From the NCBI GenBank assembly GCA_024704765.1, contig JAKMXF010000310.1, positions 310,001 through 374,000 of the forward strand: a stretch of 64,000 bases of DNA, given 5' to 3'. Each line of letters begins with the position of its first letter. Position 1 is the first letter of the stretch. Under the pieces are notes generated by a model, which was not told where the DNA came from, did no database searches, and saw only the letters and a program-made list of their open reading frames with translations. Below are positions 1 through 13,515 of the stretch, piece by piece. This DNA is from Oopsacas minuta. Taxonomy: Eukaryota > Animalia > Porifera. The translations under genes and the position numbers were made by a program.

Positions 1-1034
1 TGATATATAACGGTTACCTGCTCAAATCGGCCAGCTAAATATAGTCCAGTGGACAATTTATAATAGTAATCGACCTCTATATAGCAGCCACCTGTACATA
101 ACGGCCACTTTGGACCGCTGCAACACTGGTACGTACCGTATATGTAATCCATCACGTCATGAATAAACCACCATAAAGTCAAAAGTTGTGACTTCAGTGG
201 TGTCTGCTTATTAGCAGCCCATTCAGGTCCCAAGTGGAGATTTTGTATTATCAATTCCGTTCCATTCCCTGTAAGCATGCTAGCAACTTCAAAAATTAGC
301 ATCGAAAATTCGTGAAAAATATGAGTTGCTAATTAATGAATTCGACGAGAATTCATTAATTCCTGAGATTTGAATTTACTCATAATCATTGTAACGATAT
401 ACGAAATAATATAATCAACATACGAGATGTGACAGCACGCTACGGTTACAAATGTTACGTATGTTTAGGGTATTTATGTTAACATGGTACATCGTACAAA
501 TAAAACCAACGATTAGAAAGCCAATATATTGCAAGGTGATAATAGTGACGTCATAGCAAAGTCATTACCATGAAACCAAATAAAGGATAGTTCTATACTT
601 GTAATTGGAAAAACATTTCATGAATCAAATTGGACGAATTAGGCTTTGTATATGCTTGATTTTGATTTCCTTGAATTCACTTTGACTTATATTATTGCGT
701 AGTTTACGATTATTGGTAACATCAAAGGCAAGTATAGTCCATTGAGGGGGACAGGTAAGACTGGTTATAGAAGATTCAATGAAAAGTAATATGTGAACGG
801 TAGAACTCTGATATATTAACTGGACGCTCAGCGAGAGCACATCGATCTAGTTTCCTTCCAAATAGCACGTATAATTTGTAAAGCAGTTTTGGTATAATTG
901 TGGCCAAGTGAAGTATTTAATGTTTATCGAAGGATGAAAATAATAGAATTAAAGAACAGACCTGTAAATGTGTTGTAGAGATTCAGTCCAGAACAAAGTC
1001 AATCAAGAACAACAGGGTCAGAATAGTGAGAGAC

Positions 1035-1069
1035 GAGTGATGAGTGATGAGTGATGAGTGATGAGAGAT
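1035..1069. repeat. 7-bp tandem repeat (GAGTGAT)x4 plus one degenerate unit
   Basis: gagtgatgagtgatgagtgatgagtgatgagagat read directly. Confidence 0.9.
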
Positions 1070-1101
1070 GTACGAATTGAATATTGGTAATTTATACAAT
1101 A

Positions 1102-1237
1102 CAGTAGAACTCGGATAAGACGTATCCCCTCGGGAAACAGAAATTAGTACGTCTTATCCAAATATGTTTGCATTACAAATAATGATGACTGATATTTTGG
1201 GATATAAGAAATAGTACGTCTTAACCGAGTTCTCCTG
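1102..1237. mobile_element. TA-TSD MITE, pogo/Tigger-like TIR (CAGTAGAACTCGG...)
   Basis: Left TA|cagtagaactcggataagacgta; right tacgtcttaaccgagttctcctg|TA, an imperfect ~23-bp inverted repeat. Confidence 0.8.
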
Positions 1238-2465
1238 TACCTATATTCAAATTATTACACTACTTATATAGTAGTACTCAACTTCTGGCGCTTAAATTAC
1301 GGAAGTCATAACTACGTAAATTGTGAATGAAATTCAGGTGTTTTTAATTAATTAATTAATTAAAATGATTGGCTTCAGCTAGGGAGCAATACGCCAGCTT
1401 TGATCTCAAGATAGTAAATCCCATCATACACAATGCAAATTTGTTGCATCAATGTTGCAGGAATTAGGACACAGGTTCTTATTTCCAAAAACAAGATTCT
1501 TGGATCAACATTGTTTGGAAAATTCAACACATACACGATGCAACATCCCAACATTGTTGCAACTGCTGCATTCAACAAAGTTGCATAAAGTTGAGGTATT
1601 AAAAGGTGCATAGTGCATGCACGTTAGGTACATCTTGATGGAATTATATTAGAGCTGTTTTTGGATTTTCTACATTTACAAACAATGCCGCGAATGACCA
1701 ATGAGAATTTCCGTGGAAAGTTGTCTAAAACAATTGAAAGATTTCAAATAGGAATACCCTATCAGTAGATGCATAACGCGCATGTATTGTGTACCTAACC
1801 CATATGCACTATGTACTTAACTCACATGCGGTATGAAGTTTTTATTTTATGGAAATTTCCATGCAACATTGGTTTTGGGAGCATTTTTGGCATAATTGCA
1901 TCGTGTAGGAATAATGTTGTCAGCAACTTGTTGCAATAGGGAGTATGTATTTTCCTGCAATGTCGCATGCAACTAAGTTATCTAAGGGATTATCTAAGAG
2001 CGCAGGACACTCCACTAGGTGCATGATTTTTGATATATTTATATTTAGGAGCGTGAAAACTGAGCCTTTTTCCCTATACTATAACACTAATTTACTGATT
2101 TAGGCGAATGAAAATTTGGGGGAACGTTAGTAGCGTGCTCGGAAAACCCTGTATAACCCCTTGGTTACATCATGTATCGTAGGCTTAAGAACCTTATATA
2201 ATTAAGTATTCTCCCGATGGCGGCCCTTTATGTCAAATTAGAACTTAATTTCTGTGGTAGAAAATGTAATGAACAATTACAATCTAAAAGATTTGATACG
2301 TAAAATGAAATAAATCCTGAATTAACTATTATTATAAAATTATAACACTTAGGAGAGTGCTCCATTCAGAGAATTGGAACGGATCAGCTTTTCCATGACC
2401 CGAGTCAACAAACCCGACCAGTCAATTACAATAACTAATATACAATAATAAACCTTGTAGATATA

Positions 2466-2615
2466 CAATAGAACTGGGTCAAGACGTACTTGTCTCTAAT
2501 CGAAAATTTCTCCTATCAAATCATTATAAATGATTCGGTTAATACATACTGGAATAAATAACTTGTTATCTTTTGTTTCACAAGCGATTACGTCTTAATT
2601 ACCGAGTTCTACTAG
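2466..2615. mobile_element. Second, more diverged copy of the same TA-TSD MITE family
   Basis: TA|caatagaactgggtcaagacgta ... tacgtcttaattaccgagttctactag|TA. Confidence 0.7.
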
Positions 2616-3130
2616 TATACTAATTAGCACTTTGTCAATATATATCCATAGTCACTTAGGTAAATAACTATGGACAATCAGGTAAGCATCTCGAACTGTT
2701 GGTCAATTTCAATCTACCGGTCGGCCAGTCAGTCAAATCTCAACCAGTACCCGACCGATTAACCATCTCTGACCCATACTGAGCGTAATATTAATCATCA
2801 GATTTTCTATAGATCAAAATCTTAGGAAGAAAACGATTGCGATCTCCAATTCGATCCTCGATTCCTATCAGATAGTCATAAAAGGATCGCAATTGTGATC
2901 GCGGGTTCATTGATCGTGTGATTTAGAAGAAATATCCACACTAATGTTAAAACCTTCATCTCATTTTGAGCTGATTTTTCTTCAATCACACATAATTGAT
3001 TTGTCATTACTAAGAATATTATCTCAAATTTAATATTAATAGTAAGATCAAATGAATAAATATATTTTAAGTGTCGAATTAATTTATTTCAAAAATAATT
3101 ATTTATAATTTGTATTCCTAGTATCCTTTA

Positions 3131-6100
3131 TCATAAGTAAAACTGATCGATGATTTTTGCGTAGATTTCAGCAACGAATGTCCTCTTTAGCTTAGCAGTA
3201 GGCGTCAGTTCCCCTGAATAAATGGAGAAGTCTCGTGGAAGAAATGCAAATTTCTACAAAATACAAAATACAATCAATACTAAATAACAGCAATCATTCA
3301 TTAAAATTCAGTGAATATGAGAAGAGGAGTGAGGAATGAGGAAAGTTATTGTTATTTTGTTACAATACTGTATAGAAATGTTGTCCGCACTAGATAGTTT
3401 ATCGTGTGCGGACATTCGAACAGGTTAAAGTCAGAAAACTGCCAATAGACTAGCTTTTTATGGCCTCATGGGGGATAGGTAGATATCTTGTTATTATAGA
3501 TATGGAGTTCAAATAAAGCGAATCATACTGGAGTTGTGGACGATGTTAAAGCATAGTGACTCAATATTTACCTTAATCTTGGCCACGTTAGAAACAGCCT
3601 TCTCATTAGCTTTATGCATTCCATCTTCAATATATTGATGCACTACACTACTTTTCACAGCCTCGCTCACTGTAGTAGCTTCTACTCCCAAACTCTTGCA
3701 AATGTCAATAGCTTCCTCATCTAACTCATCAGAAGGCAAGCCGTCGGGAGCTAGCCTACATTTGAGCGTTACCAGCATGCTAAGGAACTTCTTACCATCT
3801 CCCACTACTACACAAGATGAACACATTCTCAGCTGTTTCTTCATCTCCTGCTCTATGGGGACTGGAGCTACGTTCTCTCCTCCTGATGTTATCAGTATCT
3901 CTTTAATCCTCCCAGTTATAAAGTAGAAACCTATGTAATGTTATAATATTCTACAGTCTACATAAAAGTCTAGCAGTTGGATCCAGACATATAGAATATT
4001 GATTCAACTAGTAAATGCAATACCATTATCATCCACGTGACCAATATCCCCGGTGTAGTACCACCCATTTTTATCTGTCACTTTAGCAGTCTTCTCAGCA
4101 TCATGTAGATATCCCATAAAGTTGTATCTTCCTTTGAAGCATATTTCTCCATCTCCATCACTAAATACAAAAGTCAAAGGTATCGTAGAATTTTAAACTA
4201 ATAATCCCTTGTTTAACGTAATAGATTATTCAGAGCAGGAAAAGTAAGATGGTTGGTAAGCGGAATTAAAGTATAGAATAATACAAAATACTGTTTGAAG
4301 AGGTAAACTAAGTGAGATGATGATTGAAGGGCATAGAATACTCTCATGGTTGATTTTTGGTATAAATAAGGGGGGTTCCTTTATCTAGCTCAGAAAACAG
4401 TCAGTCTTGACGAAATTAATACTTATCACGAAAATGTGACGTAATTCTACATTTCAAATAAAGTCTGGAACCGACGATCCCTCAAGGCTATTTCCAATTA
4501 ACTTAGTCATAAGACATACCTATTAGGTTCATGTATCTTAGTTTCCGATCCCTCTATACTTCTTCCCACGGAGCCTAACAGGTTGGCTCCTGGTAGAGAT
4601 ACAGTTCCGGGTCCCATATTCTCGCTCGCTCCATAAATACTGAATATGGTAACTCCTGCTTTATCGAAAAACTCAAGCACGTTCAATGAGATAGGTGAAG
4701 CAGCAGTAAACTATAAAAATTAAAATAATGACATATTACGTCATGATCAACGATTAAGCATTTAATTAATAATCCCTATGTGAAGCTAAGAAACTTTCAC
4801 ACATAGAACTGATATAATTTGATATTTTATCAAGCTGGTCTAAACTCGTAATACGAGTAGATTGAAACTTAATCAATATTACATAAGATCCTCGCTTATG
4901 CGAATAGTCATGTACTACTGAGAGTATGAACTGTTAGTGGATACAATTAAGCTATATTCTATAGCATACGAGACTGTGCCTGCTTGTCTACTCAACCAAT
5001 TCTACACAAATCACAAAAGAAATAGCAGAAAGATATCCAAAAATAGTAGCACCTCTCTTCATCGACGCGACCGTCTGGTACTCTGTCTCAATAATAGACG
5101 AGTACAACTCATCACTGAGTTCAGACAGAGACAGGAGGACAGACGAGCTGCAGAAACCAACTGCATCAATACTCTAGATAGCTGTCCAACTCAAAAGCTA
5201 ATCTCTAAGCAGAGATGAAGTAGAATATGCTCCACTCCATGAAAGACAACATGATAAAGGAGATCGAAACAAAGATAAGAAAACTAGAGGTTACAGTTAA
5301 AGAAACAGAGGAACTGTTTGAGCATAACACTCAAGAGCTGGAGCAAGATATCTCTGGGTTGGGACAACTTGCAGAGAGAGAAATCATCTCAACTCCTAAT
5401 AACCCTGCACTCGTACAACCTTCAATATCAGTAGGGAAGTTAGACTATGCTATAGGTATTGCTTATGATGAGATATCTCAACGAATCCACGTAGCAGCTG
5501 GTATTGTGTGAGGGACAGGTTAGTGAGCCATCAGGAATAGCATTAAGTCCTGAGGATGTTTAAGTAAGTGGCATAAAGGGCCCCATTGCATATTCAAGCA
5601 GAAAATGCCAAGATTCAAACTATTAAATAAATTAGGAAAGGATTCAAAGGAAGGATCTTTTATAGGAGAGTTCTATTAGAGTCATAGCATCGCCATAGCG
5701 CCTAACAAGGACGTATTTGTAACTGTTTTTATAACTAAACTAATACACAAATATTACATTAAACACAAAACCATGACGGAATCATGTGACATCAAATTAA
5801 AGGACGATAAGGTTTTCGTTCTGAGCCGGAAAAACAATCCATGTCTCTATGTATTCAATCTTACTGGCGAAAAGCTCCGTTCATTCAATTTGCATTGTCT
5901 GCAGGAAGTTAGAAAATGTTCTCCAATCTGTTGCGATACTGAATATTCTGATGGGGACTATTCTGCTGGTAAATAAAAGTGTTCTCTCAAGAAGGTACTC
6001 TGCTACACATACTGGGAGATACTCAGGAGGAGGACAAGAAAATCAACCATGAGGGCATTATAGTTACCAATGACAATAATTTTCTAGTTGTTCTAATTTT

Positions 6101-8630
6101 ACTAAGTTCACATTACATATCTTCTGTTAAGTAAATATATTAAAGCTATTTTAACAACTATTGTGTAAATGTGTGACGAGGGTACCCGACTATTGTCTTC
6201 TTATAAGATACAACAAGACCCCTGTCACCACATAGCTACAGATATATCACAAACATACCAAAATTAATTTTATAGCTTTACCAGTCCTTATATGTAAATA
6301 TGTGACATAAACACTTTTCACTTCACTTACTTCGAATTCGCCCCTTGGATAGTATTAAATAAATAAAATAATATTCAATAACATCTCAAACATCTGTAGT
6401 TTATGGACTGTATCATATCCTCAATTGAATTTGGTTGTCAGAATAGAATTTAGTTTACGAACTACCTCTAAACTAATCAATCAACCGTATGCACCATGTG
6501 GAGCAGAATCAAGTTTCTCATTTGGGCCTAATGAATATTCAATATTCTCACTTCTCAAAGAAGATATAGTTAGAAAATTTGAATGAATAATTCAATTAAT
6601 TAGTTTATGAAGAAACTTACACAAACTTTTCCATTTATCAATCCCAACATCTTCTTGACAGATTCAAGGGGAACTCTAAAATAACATAATAATAAATAAT
6701 GTTTAAAACAAATATGAATATGTATAAAACTAGTAACTACGTAGAAAACTAACTCTCCAGAAATTACAGCAGGCTCTATATTTTCTTTAAGCTTCTCCCA
6801 GACTCTGGGGACCCCGAAGAATATATTAGGCTCAATTTCCTAAAATTTTATATAAATTCATAACTTCTACTCGTAGTTATAATTAGGTAATCCCTTAGTT
6901 CTAAATGGGAGATGACTTACTCTTAATGTCTCTATGAGACTGCCTTTCATTGCATCTGGTAATGCGAAAAATACCTTACAACCAGAATGTAGAGGAATCA
7001 TCATATCCTTAACAGTACAAGTATACCCGTTAGTATATTATATAATATACAGTTGTATACTAACTCACCACTATCTGAGCTGCTATGTGACTGAATGGCA
7101 GATAGCTCACCATTGTATATTCCTGTAAATATAGTCAGAACAAAGTAAGGTACTGATATTGCGAATAGTATCAGAAAGTAATGACGTAGATATCATGTCT
7201 ATTTGCAAGTGAAGATGTGGCTTAGACTAAACATATAAAATTCTTTTAGTGTACTCCGTATTATGTATACATAACTCCAACTGCAAAGATAATTCAATTT
7301 CAATGGCCTTCTATGGCAATATACATATGAATAACCAAAAATTAGAATAAAACGAGACGGAGAAGGATGGATTATTATATTTACCAGGACTGGAAGAAGA
7401 TTATTCATTAGTCTGATCAACAAATAATCGGGAATTCGTACATCCACCAAATTTAGACAGTTGGAAAGTATTGACGATAAATTACTAAAAAGCATTTATT
7501 GCACACAATTTAAACAACTGATTGAGATATTGAAGACATAAGACAGGAGAAAATCATAATTTGCATAAATATACTATAGAAATCTGGCAGAATTGTATAT
7601 TTACCACTTGCCTGTGTAATCTTGTAATCCTGGTACAGAGTCAATGAATTCCACACAAGGTTGTCATGACTTGCCATCACACCCTATACATATACACTTT
7701 ATATGTAGTATTAGAATTAGAATTACAGGTAATTTAATGATGTAATAGAGATAATTCTAACAACATACATATGAGAGGTCAGTATACGGAAATCCATACT
7801 TTTATAACTTGTGGTATTATAGTATAAATTAATTATTATACCTTCGGCTGTCCTGTTGTACCAGATGTGTAGAGGAGTGTTGAACAGTGCCCAGGCCTCT
7901 GTGAGTCCATTATTGCCTCTACTTCAGCTGTCTGAATATTCTACAAATATTAATTTTAACAACTTTAGAATTAACACACTATTAGAAATATTGTATGTAT
8001 TAATTGCTACCTTGCCAAGCTCTATAAACTCGCTCCACTCTAGAACTCCCTTCGCCTTGAGAGCTGGGTCTACAGATCCTGGAACAGACTGTACAAATAT
8101 CAGATCTGATATATCACTTCCAGCTTCTAGCAGCTTTTCTAAAATAGCATTAGTATCCCCGAATGCAACACGTGTGTTTGAATGCTTCAGGATGTATCGA
8201 GTAATGTCCAGACTGTTAGTCGTGTAAATTCCGTTAGATAATCCTCCTGCTTGGATGGCGCCTATATCAGCCATCATCCATTCAGGAGAATTAGAAGCCA
8301 TGATGCTAACACTCTCAAATCTCTTCAGTCCAGCAGCCAGCAGAGATTTAGATACACTCATGGTATGTTCATAGAATTGTGCATAGGAATAGGAATGCCA
8401 TCTTCCTCCTCGCTTCACATTCAATGCATTCTGAGAAGCGAATTTATTACATGTTTCTTTGAATAATTTAGAAATAGTAGTCGGAGGATGAGCTGCCCTT
8501 CCAGATTGTCCCATCTATATGAATAACTTGTATATATAGCATGATTATATAGTAAATCCTGTAATTCATGCTTATAAAGTACATAGCTTACCTGAACCTG
8601 CACTTCTACGTCTGGTTCTGATACCCACAT
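3131..8630 (-). CDS. ACSBG2: Long-chain-fatty-acid--CoA ligase, bubblegum (ACSBG) type, multi-exon
   Basis: Manually joined exons: MWVSEPD.. (8630); KLFKETC..ASNSPEWMMADIGAIQAGG; AMP-binding YTSGTTGQPK (~7850); SYLPFSHIAAQ (~7080); FGVPRVWEKL (~6800); IYGASE (~4630); GEICFKGRYNFMGY/GWYYTGDIG (~4050-4140); ITGRIKEILITSGGENVAP; ELTPTAKLKR then stop at 3131. ACSBG1 vs ACSBG2 cannot be resolved. Confidence 0.9.
4910..6130 (+). pseudogene. Degenerate coiled-coil + NHL-repeat (TRIM71-like, RING-less) gene nested in an ACSBG intron
   Basis: Consecutive ORF fragments 4937-5218, 5227-5511, 5773-5976 in shifting frames: coiled coil (MIKEIETKIRKLE), then NHL-like blades (AIGIAYDEISQRIHV, DIKLKDDKVFVL, CLYVFNLTGEKLRSF); lies in intron 4711-6620; 5' boundary approximate. 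Confidence 0.7.
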
Positions 8631-8689
8631 TGCTGAATTGACTACAAAATATTAGTAGAAGAAATAAGTTATACAATAATTACAACTAT

Positions 8690-9160
8690 AGTGGAGTCTC
8701 CCAAAACGGACACTCCGAGAAGCGGACAACCCCTACAACTGATTGAATTTGCCAAGCATGTAATACTTAAGCAGTCTCCGAGGAGCGAACAACTCCGAAT
8801 TTCGAACAACGGACAGGGAACTGGCCCCGAATGGCTTGTCTTAATGCAAAATTATCTCCAAGAACGGACAACTAGAAACTACAACCAATAATTTTCATAG
8901 ATATCACAAAATTTACATAATAATATGAGTGCTATACAAGTCCCATGTCTTTCAAGTCTTTCAACAATTCTTTCATCTTGTCGATGTAAACTTTAGGTCC
9001 ATAAAGGCGGTACACACATGGAATTTCTAGTCCGTAACCTGTTCCTCTGTTTTCTTTCTCTCCAGTAACCTCAGCAAATCCTATATTTGCTTCTCTTCTC
9101 AAAAATTGTGAAAGTAGAGGTTGTTTTGAAGTAGCTATGGGCATTAGCACCACAATAGAT
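8690..9160 (-). pseudogene. pogo-like TIR fragment beside a HIRAN-like coding fragment (GYGLEIPCVYRLYGP)
   Basis: tagtggagtctcccaaaacggacactccgagaagcggacaacc resembles the window's TA-type TIRs; ORF 8932-9153 has EVTGEKENRGTGYGLEIPCVYRLYG. Confidence 0.35.
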
Positions 9161-9340
9161 ACTGTAGCTAGTCTGCAATTGTTGACCAGTAGACAGAGTT
9201 ATCTTCCTGACTTATTTGCCCACCCATTATAATATATATAGAGTATAAAGCAATGCCAATATGCTTACGTTACTCATCAGTCATCACTCTATACACAATG
9301 CCTTCCCAGTATCCTATTCAGAATAGGAATACTCAAGTAA

Positions 9341-10026
9341 GGCCATATAAAATAATATACTTGTTTATCATCCCCACCCGCCCCATTTAATCTCCCTCCT
9401 TGGCAATTTGTTTATTTTAATACATATCTTTATTTAATACTTATATTCGCAGATGAGCATCTTCGAAACGAGCTAATTATTTAACATTAGCGCCCTTCGC
9501 CTGCTAGGTCGCTCCTGAGCAGTGTGGCTAATCATGTGATTTTTCGAAAATCCAAAAAGGTGGCAATGGCATCATAATTTCGTCAGGTGTGAATTTTCGT
9601 CCAAGACTCAAACCTGTCCGAGTCAGGCCCAAATACCCCTCCCTGTATGGCAAAAATCAGCCCTGGGGTGTGCACTAAATTTTTATTATTATTATTTAAA
9701 TTGTACAATAATACAGATTATAGAGAGGAAGTGAATATTAGTTTTCCCTTATACAGTGTAAGCTTAATACGAACACCAACTGACCGTACGGTTAAAATTT
9801 ATTCGCCTTTCCGGAGTTCATAAACCGGAGTAATATCCATTGAAGTACGGTTGTAGGGACTTGATTATGTACGAATATTGTTCGTCTTATCAGAAATTTG
9901 TATTAACGAGATAGTTTAAATAAATTAGTAAAATTACGCTAAGCAAAAATAAAATAAAATTCCGCCTCCCGCCCCTATTTCGCAGAAAAAAATGGATGAG
10001 AAACAAGTAATTTATTTTACATGGCC
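9341..10026. mobile_element. PIF/Harbinger-like non-autonomous element
   Basis: TAA|ggccatataaaataatatacttgtttatcatcc ... ggatgagaaacaagtaatttattttacatggcc|TAA: GGCC-initiated TIRs with a 3-bp TAA TSD. Confidence 0.75.
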
Positions 10027-10922
10027 TAAGTTAATTTTATGATTTTAGTATTAGTTTCTATATACCAGGGATTTTGTGTTGACGCAAAAATCGTGCGACA
10101 CACAACAAGATCGCGAGAGTTGAGACTAGGAAAGTATTCACGTATAGGCAAGCTGTTTCGTTCTTAAATCTGATTTCGAAAATGAAATTCTATTCCCTTC
10201 CTATTAATTTCTAAATGATATTTAGAAACAGGGTCTTGCATTTGTCATATAAGTTACGTAGTCTAGTAGTACAAATTCTGAAAAACTGACAAATAGGACG
10301 CCCTTACAGAACTTGAATAGTCTATTTATTGGTATCTACATAGTATGGTTGATACCTATCAATAGCTGCAATTTGTGACGTAATCTCATGGATGGCGGCC
10401 AAAATCTGATGTACAGGGGTTGGGGGAATATGGACCTTTGGGAGCAAATATCTCAAAAACTTACTATTTAAACATAGGGCTATGAAATATATAACAAGTT
10501 ACGTAATAAAATGGTGTAATTCGTAATACCTAGCTGTGATAATAAATTAGTTGTTTGAGGGGAAATATTACTTTCCCAAAAAAACTAATTCACAATTTGA
10601 CAATAATATAATCCTGGAACTATAATACAGTCTCAAGAATGTTAGATATTAATAGTAAAATTTGATATTTAATAATTATACAAAGGTAGATGAAGAGTGG
10701 GCATTCGGTGGACATGAAATGTTCGCGAACATCATTGTGCAAGCAAGCGAAGCGTATATGTGTGTATTTAAGTAAGTTCTATAAAAAACTATAAATAAGA
10801 ACTTCCTAAGACCTCATATTTAGCATTTACATCACAATATTGTTTACAACATTTACGTATGTTGGTATAAATAGCTTCAATATAATCGTTTAATAATATA
10901 TAAGTGGTTGGGTCACAATCTG

Positions 10923-12850
10923 TCAGGTAATTAAGGACATACGATTCTCTTTAGCCCAGTTACCAATAATCTTAACTATAATGTCAACCTGCATATTCTG
11001 AGAGTTACGCAGAATGTGTACCACCTCCTTCAGATGTTCCCTAGGCTCATGACTTGCGATTATCATCTGGAACAACCCTATACACGCCCCTCTCTTCCCC
11101 TCCCAATAATCAGGACTAGGATCTAGTCTCTCCAGGACATCAAATGCTTTAGCTGAATAGTAGAACTGTCCCATCTTATAGCAGTCATTAGCAATCAGCT
11201 GTAGTAGACTGAAAGACTCAGCTGATGTCTCCATCTTAAGGTATAACTGCCAAGCAAGATTCGCCTTCCTGTTCATGATATAGCAGCGAGCTAGCCATGA
11301 GATATACACGTAGTCAGCTCGTATCTTATCACTCTGTATTAGCAGGAACACCTCCTCTGCTTCTTTGTAATTTCCTACTCTTGCTTTAGTCTGTGCAAAA
11401 TTGAAATTGAACGTATCATCATTATAGAAATAGTTCTTAATAGAGTTAAGATAGATTAGTACGTCACTGAACTGTCTCAATAAGAAGTAGCAACATGCCA
11501 TGGACTGTCTACCAGGTATAGTATCACACTCAGAAGCAGAGCTACCTACAAGCTGGAAGAATTGCTGTGCCATATTTATATTCTCACGTGACCCCTTCTC
11601 CTGTCCTATACAGAGATTAGTTATAGCCTTAAGCACGTACTCTTGTGGTGAAGTAGCCTCTATAGATTTGATGAGCTCATATGCTCTTGTGTAATCCTCT
11701 TGTCGCATGTAGTATATTACAAGATTGAGCCTTGCTTCTGGTAACACGTCTACTAGTCGGGGCCAGGTCTGTAGCGCACCCTCTCCATTCCTGAACACCA
11801 CTAGATTATGTTCTAGCAGATCCTTTGCAAATGAGACAGAGGGTGTGAGTATCTCCTGGAGAGACTTTAACTCTGTCTCTGCCGCTTTTCCATTGAATAG
11901 TTTATAATAGTTACATGCTTTGAGGTTGAGACCTGTGATTGAATCCGAGAACTTCTCTAAGTATACAGCCAGCACTTCCTGACTAATGTCATAGTACTCA
12001 AACTTGTAATAACACAGAGCTACATATACGTTGAGAGCGTAGAACTCTCTGTGACTGAGTAGGATTCTTTTGTAAATGTCAATAGCCTCCTATAATACAA
12101 ACAATACTGATAATAACATTGGAATAAATACCATAAACACTTGAATAAACCCGATAGGTATCGTCTTGAGCCGGGGGAAATAAGAAAATAGCAAAATAGA
12201 AAGCTGATACCAAACAATGTATGGAAACTCTTATAGAGGGAGTGTATCTCTCAAAATTAATATTTTGAAAGATTCAGAATTAATCCTGTTTACAAATACC
12301 TGTCTAGCTCTCATCTAAATTGATACACATAAAGAAATATATGTACCTGGTAGTGAGTACGCAGATAATGCATGGCAGCTAGACTAAGCTGATCCTCAGT
12401 AACATCCTGTAGGTTTAGATGGTAGGATCGGAGTCTCTTCTCGTCACCGAACTTCTGAGAGAGATGGAAGAGAAGTCTGTTCTGAAGTTTATTTTTGGGA
12501 CCTTTTTGAACTGCCATCTCAGCTTCTTGATACATACCTAAGTAGAAGTAACAACAAGCTAGATATGTCCAAATATCTGAGGTACAAGATGGTTGCTGGG
12601 TTATGCTCAAGTACTCTTCCTTAGCTTTAGCGTAATCTCCCAGATGAAATGCATAGTAAGCTATCCAAGGGTTAAGATCAGGAGAAGGGTTGTGAGAGAG
12701 ACGCTGGAATTCCAACACGGTCAGTGCTCCATTGAAGTCTCGAGCTTGTCCGAAGTCATCATGACGCGGAATCTTACGCTTCTTATCCTTAGAATGTTTG
12801 AGAGACTGGGAGTAAGGTTCTTCTGCTGGTTTAGCTCTCTGTATGTTCAT
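10923..12850 (-). CDS. IFT56: Intraflagellar transport protein 56 (TPR protein); exons 12850-12347 and 12089-10923
   Basis: Close match to TTC26: QNRLLFHLSQKFGDEK, QDVTEDQLSLA, QFFQLVGSSASECDTIPGRQ, FSLLQLIANDCYKMGQFYYSAKAFDVLERLDP, YWEGKRGAC; GT-AG intron 12090-12346. Confidence 0.97.
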
Positions 12851-13104
12851 TGTTACTTATCGTACTTGTTAAATAATAAATATAGAATAATTGTATATGC
12901 ACCTGATTGTCTGAGAGATACAGCAACAGATCAATGCCCTGGACCTGACATACGGTTTGAACCAGGTTTTGTCGAAACCGTTCAACAAAAATTAACAAGT
13001 TCTGACCAACTATACAGCTTACTAGGAACTGGCAATAAGAGACTGCTAAATGCTAATATACTAAGGCTGTTAAGCCTCTGACTGTACAAGAGTAGAGAAT
13101 ATTA

Positions 13105-13281
13105 CACATCAATTAACTCCGCTTAATCGAGACACATCGAATTTCCTAAAAAGAGAAATTTCGTCTTGATGAGTTACTACTTACGAGATTGTCCCGATTA
13201 ACCGGAAATTTTTAGTATTAACTTTAGAGATGATTCCGTTCCTGAGATTTGTCCCAATTAAGCGGAGTTGATTCTAGAGTG
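13105..13281. mobile_element. TA-TSD MITE (related TIR type)
   Basis: TA|cacatcaattaactccgcttaatcgagaca ... tgtcccaattaagcggagttgattctagagtg|TA. Confidence 0.6.
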
Positions 13282-13515
13282 TAGTTCGCCTATTCGCATT
13301 TGCACTCTTGCTAATGTCCGAGCTTGCTATCAGAGGAATTATTTCCGATACAAAATTTGAATAAGTCCATTTATTGGAATAACTCCTGGAACCACTGCGA
13401 ATATTTCCAATAGGCGAACATCACGGTAAGATAATGATAAGTTAATAAAGTTATAAGAACATGCAATATCCGTAATCACTCAGTGATACACTAGACAACA
13501 GAATATACAAGATTA

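Noticed and set aside
1355-2000. Cys/His-rich minus-strand readings suggesting a protease or transposon relic
   Set aside because: No motif could be assigned with confidence, and all frames are interrupted.
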